From positions 2,978 through 66,977 of the forward strand of contig CAZOJE010000002.1 of the NCBI GenBank assembly GCA_964580065.1: a stretch of DNA of 64,000 nucleotides. Direction: 5' to 3'. Under the pieces are notes generated by a model. The model worked only from the letters and a program-made list of their open reading frames with translations. It was not told the origin of the DNA and did not search any database. Shown piece after piece: positions 16,534 through 26,786 of the stretch. Position 1 is the first letter of the stretch. The number at the start of each line of letters is the position of its first letter. The DNA is from an uncultured Candidatus Saccharibacteria bacterium (GTDB lineage: Bacteria > Patescibacteriota > UBA1384 > DTJR01). The translations under genes were made by a program, and so were the position numbers.

Positions 16534-19014
16534 ATGTTGAATAATCAACTATATAGTGAGGGTCCCAATTTTGTCGTGATTTTTCTGTGCGTATTGGGCG
16601 CTGTAGTATTTTTTGTCTTACTATATTTTTTGTATCGAAAATATCTTAAATCTAAATTGACTAAAAGGGCAGACGACTTAATTATTTTAGAAGTAAAATT
16701 GCCAAAAAAGTACGAAAAAGAAGAGTATGAACAGCAAAAAACTATCAGGGACATAACGGCGGGGGCGGATCAATTTTTTACGGCCCTGTCTTCTTTATGG
16801 GTAGATGGTTTTAAAGGATTGTTCTTAGGTCAGCCAGTCGTTTCATTTGAATATGTCGCGAAAGACCACGAAATTATGTTTTATGTTGGCGTACCAAGAG
16901 CGGTTGCCTCATTAGTTGAAAAACAAATCCAAAGTTTTTACCCTAGCGCCAACGTCGAACCAAGCGGGGATTTTCGCGTTTTTAAGGAGGGGCTAAAAAT
17001 TGCTTACGGTAATTTGCGACTGTCGCGCAGTTATATATATCCTATTCGAACATACACCGAGCTGGAGAATGACTCGATTGCAAACATTACCAATGTTTTG
17101 TCGAAAATTGGCGAAGATTCAAGAGCGGTTATTCAAATCTTGGTTAGACCAGCCAATCAAAGCTGGCGTGGTCAAGCGGATTGGATGATTAGGCGGATCC
17201 AAGAAGGAAAAGGCACGGCATTTGGGGTGAGTTGGTGGAACAAATTGGGATATTATGCCGGTCAATTATTCTCGGCGGCGGCGACTAACAACAAAGACCA
17301 ACAATTAAATAAAATAACACCAATGCAGGAGGAAACGATTAAATATCTCACGGCAAAAAGTGCAAAGCCAGGGTTTGATGTTCAGATAAGATTAATCAGC
17401 TTGGCCAAAACAGCTCCTGAAGCCGAAACCAATCTTAAAAACCTTGCTTCGGGCTTCTCGCAATTTTCTACACCTGACCGCAATGGTTTCAAATTAGTGC
17501 GCGCCCACGAAGAAAAGTCGTTTTTAACTCATTTTATTTTGCGATCTTTCATTGGTTTCAAAAAGAACCTTCTTAATTCCGAAGAATTAGCTAGCATTTA
17601 CCATTTTCCTTCAGAGCACATTGATACACCGGGGATTAGGTGGTTTAACGCCAAGCGCGCTCCAGCGCCGGCCAATATGCCTAAAGAGGGGCTAATATTG
17701 GGCAAAAATGTTTATCGGGGCGAAGAAACTATCATTCGTCTTAAAGAGACCGACAGACGCCGCCACCTTTATGCCATTGGTATGACCGGCACGGGTAAAT
17801 CAACATTTTTTGAATCGATGATTTTGCAGGATATAAGAGAGGGGAAGGGGCTGGCCTTGTTCGATCCACACGGCGAATTGGCAGAAAGCATCTTGGATAA
17901 AATCCCCAAGGAACGCGCCGATGACGTAATTTATTTTGATCCGGCCGACACCGAAAGACCGATGGGTCTTAATTTGCTCGAATGGAAAACTAAGGAGCAA
18001 AAGGATTTTCTTGTTCAAGAAGCTATTCAGATTTTTTATAAATTGTTCGATCCGAACGGCCAAGGATTTGTTGGGCCGCAATTTGAACATTGGATGAGAA
18101 ATGCGGCCTTGACTTTAATGGATTATCCCGAAGGCGGCACGCTTATCGAAATACCAAAACTTTTTATGGACGACGGTTTTCGACAGGAGCGAATTAAAAC
18201 AATCAAGGATAATACGGTGAAGGCGTTCTGGGAAGAACAAATGGCCAAAACATCCGATTTTCATAAATCGGAAATGTATAATTATTTTATTTCTAAATTT
18301 GGCCGTTTTATGACCAATATTACGATGCGCAATATCATCGGCCAAACGCATAGCGCTTTTGATTTGCGCGAAGCAATGGATTCGGGCAAAGTCTTGCTGA
18401 TTAACTTGTCAAAGGGAGAGATTGGGGAAATAAATAGTAATCTTTTGGGTATGATTTTCGTGGCCAAACTTTTCACGGCCGCTTTAAGTCGAGGCGATGT
18501 TGAAGAAAATGAAAGGCGGGATTTTTATCTTTATGTTGATGAGTTTCAAAATTTTGCCACCGATACTTTTTCTTCAATTCTTTCCGAAGCGAGAAAATTT
18601 CGTTTAAATCTCAATATTACTAACCAGTACATTGCCCAAATTCCCGAGCCAATTAGAGATGCGATCATTGGTAATGTTGGTTCACTGGTTTCATTTAGGA
18701 TTGGTGTGCCGGATGCGGAATTTATGGCTAAAGAATTTGAGCCGATTGCTAATCAAACTGACCTTAACCAAATAGACGCTTACAACGCCTATGCCAAGAT
18801 TTTAATTGATAATGCTCCGACCAAAGCATTCAGCATGCAAACAATTAAGGATCCGACGGAAAAAAATGCTAAGCTTGGGCAGGCAATGCAGGAGCTGTCG
18901 CGATTGAAATATGGCCGCGATGCTTCTATTGTAGAAAGTGAGATAGGCGAGAGACTTAAGACCGTAGAAGTGCCAGAGCAGAAAGACTTTGTAAGGGAAG
19001 CGGGAGTTAAATGA
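16534..19014 (+). CDS. VirD4/TraG/TraD-like (type IV coupling protein-like) P-loop ATPase, membrane-anchored, with a ~380-aa N-terminal domain of unknown function
   Basis: N-terminal TM helix; Walker A (GMTGTGKST); DPHGEL; Walker B (YLYVDEFQNFATD). A paralog of the next gene. Confidence 0.6.
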   Translation: MLNNQLYSEGPNFVVIFLCVLGAVVFFVLLYFLYRKYLKSKLTKRADDLIILEVKLPKKYEKEEYEQQKTIRDITAGADQFFTALSSLWVDGFKGLFLGQPVVSFEYVAKDHEIMFYVGVPRAVASLVEKQIQSFYPSANVEPSGDFRVFKEGLKIAYGNLRLSRSYIYPIRTYTELENDSIANITNVLSKIGEDSRAVIQILVRPANQSWRGQADWMIRRIQEGKGTAFGVSWWNKLGYYAGQLFSAAATNNKDQQLNKITPMQEETIKYLTAKSAKPGFDVQIRLISLAKTAPEAETNLKNLASGFSQFSTPDRNGFKLVRAHEEKSFLTHFILRSFIGFKKNLLNSEELASIYHFPSEHIDTPGIRWFNAKRAPAPANMPKEGLILGKNVYRGEETIIRLKETDRRRHLYAIGMTGTGKSTFFESMILQDIREGKGLALFDPHGELAESILDKIPKERADDVIYFDPADTERPMGLNLLEWKTKEQKDFLVQEAIQIFYKLFDPNGQGFVGPQFEHWMRNAALTLMDYPEGGTLIEIPKLFMDDGFRQERIKTIKDNTVKAFWEEQMAKTSDFHKSEMYNYFISKFGRFMTNITMRNIIGQTHSAFDLREAMDSGKVLLINLSKGEIGEINSNLLGMIFVAKLFTAALSRGDVEENERRDFYLYVDEFQNFATDTFSSILSEARKFRLNLNITNQYIAQIPEPIRDAIIGNVGSLVSFRIGVPDAEFMAKEFEPIANQTDLNQIDAYNAYAKILIDNAPTKAFSMQTIKDPTEKNAKLGQAMQELSRLKYGRDASIVESEIGERLKTVEVPEQKDFVREAGVK

Positions 19015-21746
19015 AAAAGCTAAACGTGCCTACAAGCGCTGATAAAGTTTTGATGCGTTTGATGGTGCCGAAAAACAACGAAAAAACGCCGGCGGCGGCG
19101 GAATTGTTTTTTGCCGCCTTGCATGGCGTTTATAATTACTCAAGCCGAATTCAGCCCGAAATGAGCTTTGAAATAGTCTCAATCAACAAGTTTATCCAAT
19201 TTTACTTTTGCGTGCCGAGAGAACTGAAGGAATTTGTTGAAGGCCAGTTTTATGCTCAATATCCAACCGTGGAAATTTCCGCCGCCGATGATTATACCGA
19301 GAAAATTTTTGAAGAAAAATATGCCGTAGGATATGATGTTCAGACAACTAAAGAAGACGTTTATCCGATAAAAACTTTTCAAAGTTTTGAAGTTGACCCT
19401 TTGTCGGGTATCACAAGTGTCTTGAGCCAACTAAGTGCCAATGAAGAAGTTTGGATACAAATTTGTGTTTCGCCGGCTTCCGATCAGTGGCAAAAAAAAG
19501 CGACTAGCTTTGTAAAGGCGATAAAATCCGGCAATGATCCGAACGAACCGATTTGGAAAACAATTCTTGGCGGTTTGGGTACTATTGCTAAAACTGTTAG
19601 CGCTCCGCCGACGCAAACGGCTTCCGCACCAACACAAGTAGATATCAGCGGCCCGGCCGCTTTAGCAATGAGTGGTATTGAAACGAAGTCAACAAAACTC
19701 GGTTTTAAATCAAAGATAAGAGTCATATCTTTGTCGGGCGACTATCATCGCGCCAGAGCTAATGCCGGTTCTGTTGCAGGTGTTTTGAAGCAATTCACTC
19801 AAACGAATATGAACGGTTTTATACAGGGCAATATTGTTGAGGGTGCGCCAGTGGTAGATCTTTATAAACAAAGAACAGTTGGCTCGACGGGATATATTTT
19901 GAACATAGAGGAGCTGGCAAGCATTTATCATCTTCCGGGCGAAAGTGTTGAAACACCGGCAATGGATTGGGCTGGGAGTAAAAAAGGTGAGCCGCCGATG
20001 AATTTGCCGCTGATAAATGATTTGCATGATTCGCAGGATACGACTATTGTCGGAAAAACAGATTTCCGAAATGAGGAAAGAAATTTTGGTATTAAAATCA
20101 AAGATAGGGCTTTGCATGTGTATGTTTTGGGAAAAACCGGTACTGGTAAGTCAACCCTTTTAAGCAATCTGATTATCGACGATATTATAAAGGGCCGCGG
20201 CGTTGCCGTTGTCGATCCGCACGGTGATTTGATCAATGACGTTATGGAATATATTCCCGAAAGCCGAATCAACGACGTGGTCTATTTTTCACCGGCTGAT
20301 CGTGATTATCCCATCGGCTTCAATCTGCTAGAAAGTGTTGATCCCGAATATAAAAACATTGTTGCTTCAGGCATTGTGGGGATTTTTAAAAAAATATTTG
20401 GCGAATCGTGGGGACCGCGTTTGGAATATATTTTGCGCAACGTTGTTCTTGGACTTCTTGATTATCCGGGCGCAACGATGTTGAGCATTATCAAAGTCCT
20501 GACCGATACAAAATTTAGAAGGGGAGTAATTGAAAAAATTAGCGATCCGGTTATTAAGGACTTCTTTCTTAATGAATATGAAAAGTATGATCAAAAATTT
20601 AGAACAGAAGCCGTAGCGCCGATTCAAAATAAAGTCGGACAGTTTCTTTCGTCTACAATTATTAGAAATATTGTTGGACAGGAGGAAAGCACGATTGATA
20701 TTCGTAAATTAATGGACGAACAGAAAATTCTGCTTGTCGATTTGTCCATGGGTAAAATCGGTGAAGATAACAGCGCACTTTTGGGCTCAATGTTAATCAC
20801 AAAAATTCAAATGGCGGCAATGAGTCGAGCTGATATGCCCAAACAATTGCGTGTGCCGTTCTATCTATACGTTGATGAGTTTCAAAATTTTGCGACAGAT
20901 TCCTTTGCAGTTATTTTATCTGAAGCAAGAAAATATGGCTTGAGCTTAATGATGGCTAACCAGTACATTGCCCAAATGCCGGAAAATGTGGCTAATGCAG
21001 TCTTCGGCAACGTTGGAACAATTATCGCTTTTCGAGTGGGCGCCCAAGATGCCGAGGGATTACAAAGAGAATTTATGCCGGTATTTGAAGCTAATGATTT
21101 AATTAATCAGGATAATTACAATATTTATATTAAAATGGCAATTGACGGGATTACCAGTTCGCCGTTTTCGTCTAAGACAATTTTGCCGATTTACGAAAAA
21201 ACCGACAATATTGCCAACATTACCGAGCAATCACGCATTAAATATTCTAAACCTCGCGAAGAAGTAGAAAAGCAAATCAGGGATAAAACGGAAAACATCC
21301 AAACGCCTACGGAAATTTTGGGGAGCAAAAAGGACGAAAATCCAATTGTTAAAGAAGATAATAAGACAAGTCCAGATACGAGCGTGAAAGAAGACAAAAC
21401 AGAAGATGCTAAAAATGGATTATTCGTCAGCGATATGAACGATAAACGAGAAGATCAGCATGAAAAAGACACAGAAGAGAGTGGGGAACAGAGCCAGGAT
21501 AACGACGCTGATATTCCTGAAGAATTAAAGAATGCTAAAACAGCCGAGGATTATGAAATCAACAAATGGTATTTTCTAACGCGAACGGGTTTTAGAAAAG
21601 TAATTGGCAGAGAAGAAGAACAAGCGCCAAAACGAGCAGAGGAAATGGAAACGAATAAAAATGAGCCGGCAAACACTGCAAGTGTGGGAGCGACGATAGG
21701 GCAAAGTAGCTCGTCTGACACACAAGAAATACCCGAAGCACAATAA
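19011..21746 (+). CDS. Second VirD4/TraG/TraD-like ATPase paralog, with no N-terminal TM and a ~170-aa acidic disordered C-terminal tail
   Basis: Motif order matches the upstream gene: LGKTGTGKST, DPHGDL, YLYVDEFQNFATD, NQYIAQ. It overlaps the upstream gene by 4 nt (ATGA). Confidence 0.6.
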   Translation: MKKLNVPTSADKVLMRLMVPKNNEKTPAAAELFFAALHGVYNYSSRIQPEMSFEIVSINKFIQFYFCVPRELKEFVEGQFYAQYPTVEISAADDYTEKIFEEKYAVGYDVQTTKEDVYPIKTFQSFEVDPLSGITSVLSQLSANEEVWIQICVSPASDQWQKKATSFVKAIKSGNDPNEPIWKTILGGLGTIAKTVSAPPTQTASAPTQVDISGPAALAMSGIETKSTKLGFKSKIRVISLSGDYHRARANAGSVAGVLKQFTQTNMNGFIQGNIVEGAPVVDLYKQRTVGSTGYILNIEELASIYHLPGESVETPAMDWAGSKKGEPPMNLPLINDLHDSQDTTIVGKTDFRNEERNFGIKIKDRALHVYVLGKTGTGKSTLLSNLIIDDIIKGRGVAVVDPHGDLINDVMEYIPESRINDVVYFSPADRDYPIGFNLLESVDPEYKNIVASGIVGIFKKIFGESWGPRLEYILRNVVLGLLDYPGATMLSIIKVLTDTKFRRGVIEKISDPVIKDFFLNEYEKYDQKFRTEAVAPIQNKVGQFLSSTIIRNIVGQEESTIDIRKLMDEQKILLVDLSMGKIGEDNSALLGSMLITKIQMAAMSRADMPKQLRVPFYLYVDEFQNFATDSFAVILSEARKYGLSLMMANQYIAQMPENVANAVFGNVGTIIAFRVGAQDAEGLQREFMPVFEANDLINQDNYNIYIKMAIDGITSSPFSSKTILPIYEKTDNIANITEQSRIKYSKPREEVEKQIRDKTENIQTPTEILGSKKDENPIVKEDNKTSPDTSVKEDKTEDAKNGLFVSDMNDKREDQHEKDTEESGEQSQDNDADIPEELKNAKTAEDYEINKWYFLTRTGFRKVIGREEEQAPKRAEEMETNKNEPANTASVGATIGQSSSSDTQEIPEAQ

Positions 21747-21754
21747 TATTGTGC
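21738..21754. repeat. 17-nt perfect palindrome GCACAATAATATTGTGC spanning the stop codon of the second ATPase gene
   Basis: Read directly; a second palindrome, CAATATTG, lies at 21761-21768. Confidence 0.5.
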
Positions 21755-22480
21755 GACATGCAATATTGATCTAAAAATATGCCATCTAATAGGATAAAAT
21801 TTTAGTATTATTACGAATTGATCTTATGGGCGTAAAAGAGGATTAAAATAGAAAAATAAATCCTAAATTAGGAGATTGATTATGGCTCCTCTGAATAAGG
21901 GAGAGCCGGGGGAGGGGTTGAAAAAGCGGTTTTTATTTAATTAGTATGCCGGTGAGGAAGCGGCAAGGTGATATATTTGTGTGTGAGAAATTTTTAGAGA
22001 AACGTTTTCAATTAATTTAGAGTTTTATCTGCAAAATGTATTTATACAAGTATCGAGCAGATTGAGTGTCATTGTAGTGAAAAAAATAGAATATAACGCT
22101 TCGTACTCTACGTCGAACAATATATCTTTTGCGACATAGGGCTGACAAAAAATGCATATTAATTTTTCTTTTGCTCTATTTTTAATCATTTGATTTTTAA
22201 ATAAATATTAATTTAACAATTTCTATCTATTTATCTTTATTTAGTGATTTAATCCTTCATATATACCCTAGGTGTTTGCTCTGGTTTTTACAGGGTAAAC
22301 TTTAAAACAGAATTTATTTTTATTATTTAAATTTTTTAAAAAAGATAAATTTGGTATGCAAAAATATTACGATTTGTTGCATTTGGCGGCCATTTTACAC
22401 CTGTTTTAGCCGCTAGAATCGTCCAGAATCGATTTTTATTTTTTAAATGAGTATTTCTTCGTCTACACTTAAAATTTCAC

Positions 22481-22515
22481 AAAAGATCTCCCCCGCTTTT
22501 AAAATTGCGGTGGGG
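22481..22515 (-). terminator. Putative terminator of secDF on the minus strand
   Basis: Minus-strand hairpin CCCCACCGC...GCGGGGG followed by TCTTTT, ~33 nt after the secF stop. Confidence 0.4.
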
Positions 22516-22547
22516 TATTAACAAGTAGTATCTATTTTGAGTACTTT

Positions 22548-23453
22548 TTAAACTTTAACGCGCTTGTTGTCTTTATTTTTATATTCAAACCACATTACAA
22601 GGGCCGGTGCGGCAATAAATATCGAACTATAAGTTCCAATACCAATACCAATGGCTAGCATTAGAATGAACGGCTTGATAGTTGATCCGCCCAATATAAG
22701 CATGGCAATTAAAATTAAAATAGCGGTTAAGGAAGTGTTAAGCGATCTTGCAAGGGTCTGGTTAATACTGGAATTGGCGTTTTGCGAGAATGATCTTTGA
22801 GGATTTTTGATGATGTTTTCTCTTATACGATCAAATACAACAATAGTATCGTGCACCGAAAAACCTAGGATCGTTAGAGATGCCACAAGAAAATTGCTGT
22901 CTAGCTCGTAGCCAAAGATTCTTCCTATGATCGAATAAATGGCCACAGTTGAGCATAAATCATGCAGAAGCGTTACAATAGCGATTGTACCAAAGGCCCA
23001 TGAAGAAACCGATCTGGGAACCTCTCTGAACGAGTAAGCCAAATACATGATGATTAAAACGGCGGCCAGCAAAAAGCCATAGATACCTCTCCTAGTTGTG
23101 TTGGCCGAGACAATCGTGCCGATATTTTCACGTCGTACAATTTCAATATCGGGAAGCTTGGATTTTAATTCCTCCTCAAATTTTTTTGACTTTTCGTTAT
23201 CGGCAATATTGACTCTGACGATGAATTGATTAGAGCCAGATTGCTGAATTTGAACATTTTTCTCTTCTAGCTCTTTGACCTTTTCCCTCAAAACACTGAC
23301 ATCCATTTGCTCTTTGGGTTTGAATTCAACAAGTGTGCCGCCGGTGAAATCAATCCCTGATGGTAAGCGGAAAAAAATAATAGTTGGAATGCTGACTACA
23401 ACCATTGCTAGTGAAAAAATAAGCCAAAATTTACGAAATTTAATAATATTCAT
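22548..23453 (-). CDS. secF: Protein translocase subunit SecF
   Basis: Six-TM SecF topology and position immediately after secD. Confidence 0.8.
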   Translation of the reverse strand: MNIIKFRKFWLIFSLAMVVVSIPTIIFFRLPSGIDFTGGTLVEFKPKEQMDVSVLREKVKELEEKNVQIQQSGSNQFIVRVNIADNEKSKKFEEELKSKLPDIEIVRRENIGTIVSANTTRRGIYGFLLAAVLIIMYLAYSFREVPRSVSSWAFGTIAIVTLLHDLCSTVAIYSIIGRIFGYELDSNFLVASLTILGFSVHDTIVVFDRIRENIIKNPQRSFSQNANSSINQTLARSLNTSLTAILILIAMLILGGSTIKPFILMLAIGIGIGTYSSIFIAAPALVMWFEYKNKDNKRVKV

Positions 23454-23455
23454 TG

Positions 23456-24718
23456 TTATTTATTTTTTACAAATATCCTTAAAATGTTTCTAGTAACGTT
23501 AATTGAGGTGAACAGCGAAACGATAATACCCAGTCCGAGAGTTACGGCAAAACCTTTAACCGTTCCAGATCCGATATAAAATAGAACTGAAGCGGTAATC
23601 AACGAAGCGATATTGGAGTCTCTAATACTTGGCCAGCTGCGCGAAAAACCATTTTCCAAAGCTTGCGTTGGCACTATCCCCTTCTTTAACTCCTCATAAT
23701 ATCTTTCATAAATGAGAATATTGGCATCTACGGCAATACCGATGGAAAAAATGAAACCAGCAATACCGGAAAGAGTTAGGGTTACTGGAATGAGTTTATA
23801 CAAAGAAACGACAATTATGGTATAAATTCCGAGCGCGGCAGTGGCGGCGACACCTAGCCATTTGTAGTAACTAATCATAAAGATTGCGACCAAAACAAAG
23901 CCAATCAAACCGGCGACGAGACTTTTTTCGATGGCGTCTTGACCCAAAGTTGAACCAATTTGGCTTTCTTGGACAAGTTTAATTGGCGCGGGCAGAGCCC
24001 CTTCGTTAATTAGCTTTGTAGTGTCCTTGGCCTCTTTTAGGGTGTCGATGCCGCTAATTTGGGCTTTGCCGCCAGTGATTTCGGTTTGGACGGTAGCTTG
24101 GTTGATAATTTGGTCATCGAGCTTGGTTATGAGGGCTTTTCCGACATTTCTTTTAGTGATTTCGGCAAATTTTTTGGCGCCTTCTTCAGTAAATTCAAGA
24201 TAAATAATTGGCGAAGTACCAAAGCTTTGGCTGTTTTGATCAGTCCCCGCTTGAGCACTTTTCACATCTGATCCAACCAGATTGGTTTCAATTTCTTTTT
24301 GATTTTCGTCTAATTCGAAAAATTTCAGCTGGGCGGTCTTCCCTATCAGCTTTTTTGCTTCTTCAACATCTGAAATTCCCGGTAATTCCACTAAAACGCC
24401 GTAGCTCTCCCCTATCCTACGGGCTTGGACTATTGGTTCGCTGACACCAAGGTCATTAACTCTCCTATCAATTAAATCAATTGTTTCAGACTGGGCGCTT
24501 TCCGGTGATTTACCGTTTAATTGAGACGAGTCGATCTCATATAGTAGTTGTACCCCTCCTTGTAAATCGAGGCCAAGGTGTGTTTTTGTCTGTTTGCCAA
24601 AATAATTTGGGCCGTTAGGAATAACGATGCTGATTCCAAAAGCCGTTATCGCGATTATTAAAATTAAAGAAACAAAATTATTTCTCATACTAAAAGAGAT
24701 TGAAACACAGCCCGACAA
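23456..24718 (-). CDS. secD: Protein translocase subunit SecD
   Basis: N-terminal TM, large periplasmic domain and C-terminal 5-TM bundle; the true start is probably the internal Met (MRNNFVSL). Confidence 0.8.
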   Translation of the reverse strand: MSGCVSISFSMRNNFVSLILIIAITAFGISIVIPNGPNYFGKQTKTHLGLDLQGGVQLLYEIDSSQLNGKSPESAQSETIDLIDRRVNDLGVSEPIVQARRIGESYGVLVELPGISDVEEAKKLIGKTAQLKFFELDENQKEIETNLVGSDVKSAQAGTDQNSQSFGTSPIIYLEFTEEGAKKFAEITKRNVGKALITKLDDQIINQATVQTEITGGKAQISGIDTLKEAKDTTKLINEGALPAPIKLVQESQIGSTLGQDAIEKSLVAGLIGFVLVAIFMISYYKWLGVAATAALGIYTIIVVSLYKLIPVTLTLSGIAGFIFSIGIAVDANILIYERYYEELKKGIVPTQALENGFSRSWPSIRDSNIASLITASVLFYIGSGTVKGFAVTLGLGIIVSLFTSINVTRNILRIFVKNK

Positions 24719-24801
24719 TCATGTCAAATAAAAAATTCATTTTTGTTAGCATACTCAAACATTGTGCTTTATAAACGGCCTTCGATTAGAAAAAAGCAGT
24801 T

Positions 24802-25710
24802 TTAGATGTTTTCGAGATAACTATTTATGGCGATGGCCGCCTTCGCTCCTTCACCGCATGCGACGACTGTTTGTTTGGCTGTAATATTTGTGACGTCGCC
24901 GGCGGCGTATATCCCCTTTTTCGATGTTTCATTGTTGGCTTTTATGACAATCTCGCCGGCTTTATTTTTTTCTAAATCTTCGAAAATATCAGAATTGGCA
25001 ATCTGGCCAATTTCCACAAAAGCCATTTGTGCTTTAAGTGTTTGAATTTCTTTTGACTTTACATTTTCTATTTCAACTGATTCTAAAACACCATTTTTTT
25101 CGTTTAGCGCTTTTGTTTTTGAATTAAAAACCACTTTTATTGACTTGCTCTGCCTGACTTTTTCAACTGTCACTTTCTCGCAAAATAAACAATCGTCTAG
25201 CACAATCATCGTAACGGAATCAGCAATTTTCTCTAAGATCAAAGCGGCTTCGGTTGCGGCATAGCCACCCCCAATAACCACCACATCCTTGCCTTTTGCA
25301 AATGCGCCATCGCATGTCGCACAATAACTTATGCCTCGGCCAATTAGCTTTTCTTCGTTGTCTAAATCAAGTTTTCTGTGACGGCGGCCGCTGGTGATTA
25401 AAATCGTTTTAGCTTCGACACTTTCCTCGCCAAATGCCATCTTAAAACCATTGGCTATTTTTTCTATATTCCGAACTCCCGCTCCAGTTTTTTTCTCAAC
25501 TGAAAAATTTTCAGTTTGTTCAACCATTTTACTGATTAGTTCGAATCCGTTGATAGACTTGTATCCGGGAAAATTCTCGATTGTTCCGGAAATAGCTGTT
25601 TGTCCGCCAATGTTTTCCGTCAAGATGATTGGTTTTCTTTTAAATCTTGCCAAATAAATTGCCGCTGTTAATCCGGCTGGTCCGCCGCCAATAATTGCTG
25701 TGTCGTACAT
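24802..25710 (-). CDS. trxB: Thioredoxin-disulfide reductase
   Basis: FAD motif GGGPAGLTAA, redox CATCDG, second dinucleotide motif GGGYAA. Confidence 0.9.
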   Translation of the reverse strand: MYDTAIIGGGPAGLTAAIYLARFKRKPIILTENIGGQTAISGTIENFPGYKSINGFELISKMVEQTENFSVEKKTGAGVRNIEKIANGFKMAFGEESVEAKTILITSGRRHRKLDLDNEEKLIGRGISYCATCDGAFAKGKDVVVIGGGYAATEAALILEKIADSVTMIVLDDCLFCEKVTVEKVRQSKSIKVVFNSKTKALNEKNGVLESVEIENVKSKEIQTLKAQMAFVEIGQIANSDIFEDLEKNKAGEIVIKANNETSKKGIYAAGDVTNITAKQTVVACGEGAKAAIAINSYLENI

Positions 25711-26774
25711 TATTTTCTCCCCATTATTTCACCTAAAAGAATAGCTTGTTCAATTAATCTGTTAGAGTATCCCCATTCGTTGTCATACCATGCGACAACT
25801 TTAATCAAATTTCCATCGACAACCTGTGTTAGAGAAAGATCAATAATTGATGAATGTGGGTTGCCGATAATATCACTGGAAACAATTGGATCAGACGTAT
25901 AAGTCATAATATTTTCCCAGCGAGAGCTTTCACATTCTTTTATGAGAACATCGTTTATTTGTTCCACTGTCGCTTCTTTCTCGATAAGCATAGTGATATC
26001 AGAGATTGAGCCGACCGGTACGGGAACCCTAATTGAAAGACCGTCAAATTTTCCTTCAAGATCCGGAACAGTTTTGGTGGCGGCAATGGCGGCGCCGGTT
26101 GTTGTAGGAATTACGTTAATCGAGGCACTTCGAGCCCTTCTTAAATCACGATGTGGACCATCGACAAGCGTTTGGTCGGCGGTAAAAGCGTGAACAGTCG
26201 TCATCATCGATTTTTTAATGCCAAAATGCTTGTTGACAACAGAAATCACCGGAGCAATGCAGTTTGTAGTGCAAGAAGCATTTGAAATAATGTCTTCTTT
26301 TGTCCCGATTTTGTCAGCGTTAACACCCATTACATATGTACCGACATCATCGCTTTTGGCGGGAGCAGAAATAATAACTTTTTTCGCTCCGGCTTTGAGG
26401 TGAGCGCTGGCACTTTGTTTGTCAGTGAAACGTCCAGTTGATTCAACAACAATATCTATACCTAATTTTTTCCATGGCAATTTAGCGGGGTCCGGCTCGG
26501 ATATAACGCCGATTATATCGGAGTCAACTTTAATTTCGCCCCTGAAGATTGAATTTGAAGATTTATCGGACCAGCCAATTTTATTCGGTAAAACTCCATA
26601 AGCGGAATCATACTTAAAAAGATGAGCTAGAGTTTTGGGGTCGGTTAAATCATTAACCGCAACCAATTCTACTTTATCTTTTGAGATTTCACCGTTTTCA
26701 AATTTATCTAATAGCGCCCTTGCGGTTTGTCGTCCAATGCGGCCAAAACCATTTATTGCAATTTTTATTGCCAT
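25710..26774 (-). CDS. gap: Glyceraldehyde-3-phosphate dehydrogenase
   Basis: INGFGRIGR and active-site SCTTNC. Confidence 0.9.
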   Translation of the reverse strand: MAIKIAINGFGRIGRQTARALLDKFENGEISKDKVELVAVNDLTDPKTLAHLFKYDSAYGVLPNKIGWSDKSSNSIFRGEIKVDSDIIGVISEPDPAKLPWKKLGIDIVVESTGRFTDKQSASAHLKAGAKKVIISAPAKSDDVGTYVMGVNADKIGTKEDIISNASCTTNCIAPVISVVNKHFGIKKSMMTTVHAFTADQTLVDGPHRDLRRARSASINVIPTTTGAAIAATKTVPDLEGKFDGLSIRVPVPVGSISDITMLIEKEATVEQINDVLIKECESSRWENIMTYTSDPIVSSDIIGNPHSSIIDLSLTQVVDGNLIKVVAWYDNEWGYSNRLIEQAILLGEIMGRK

Positions 26775-26786
26775 ATTTTCTCCTTT

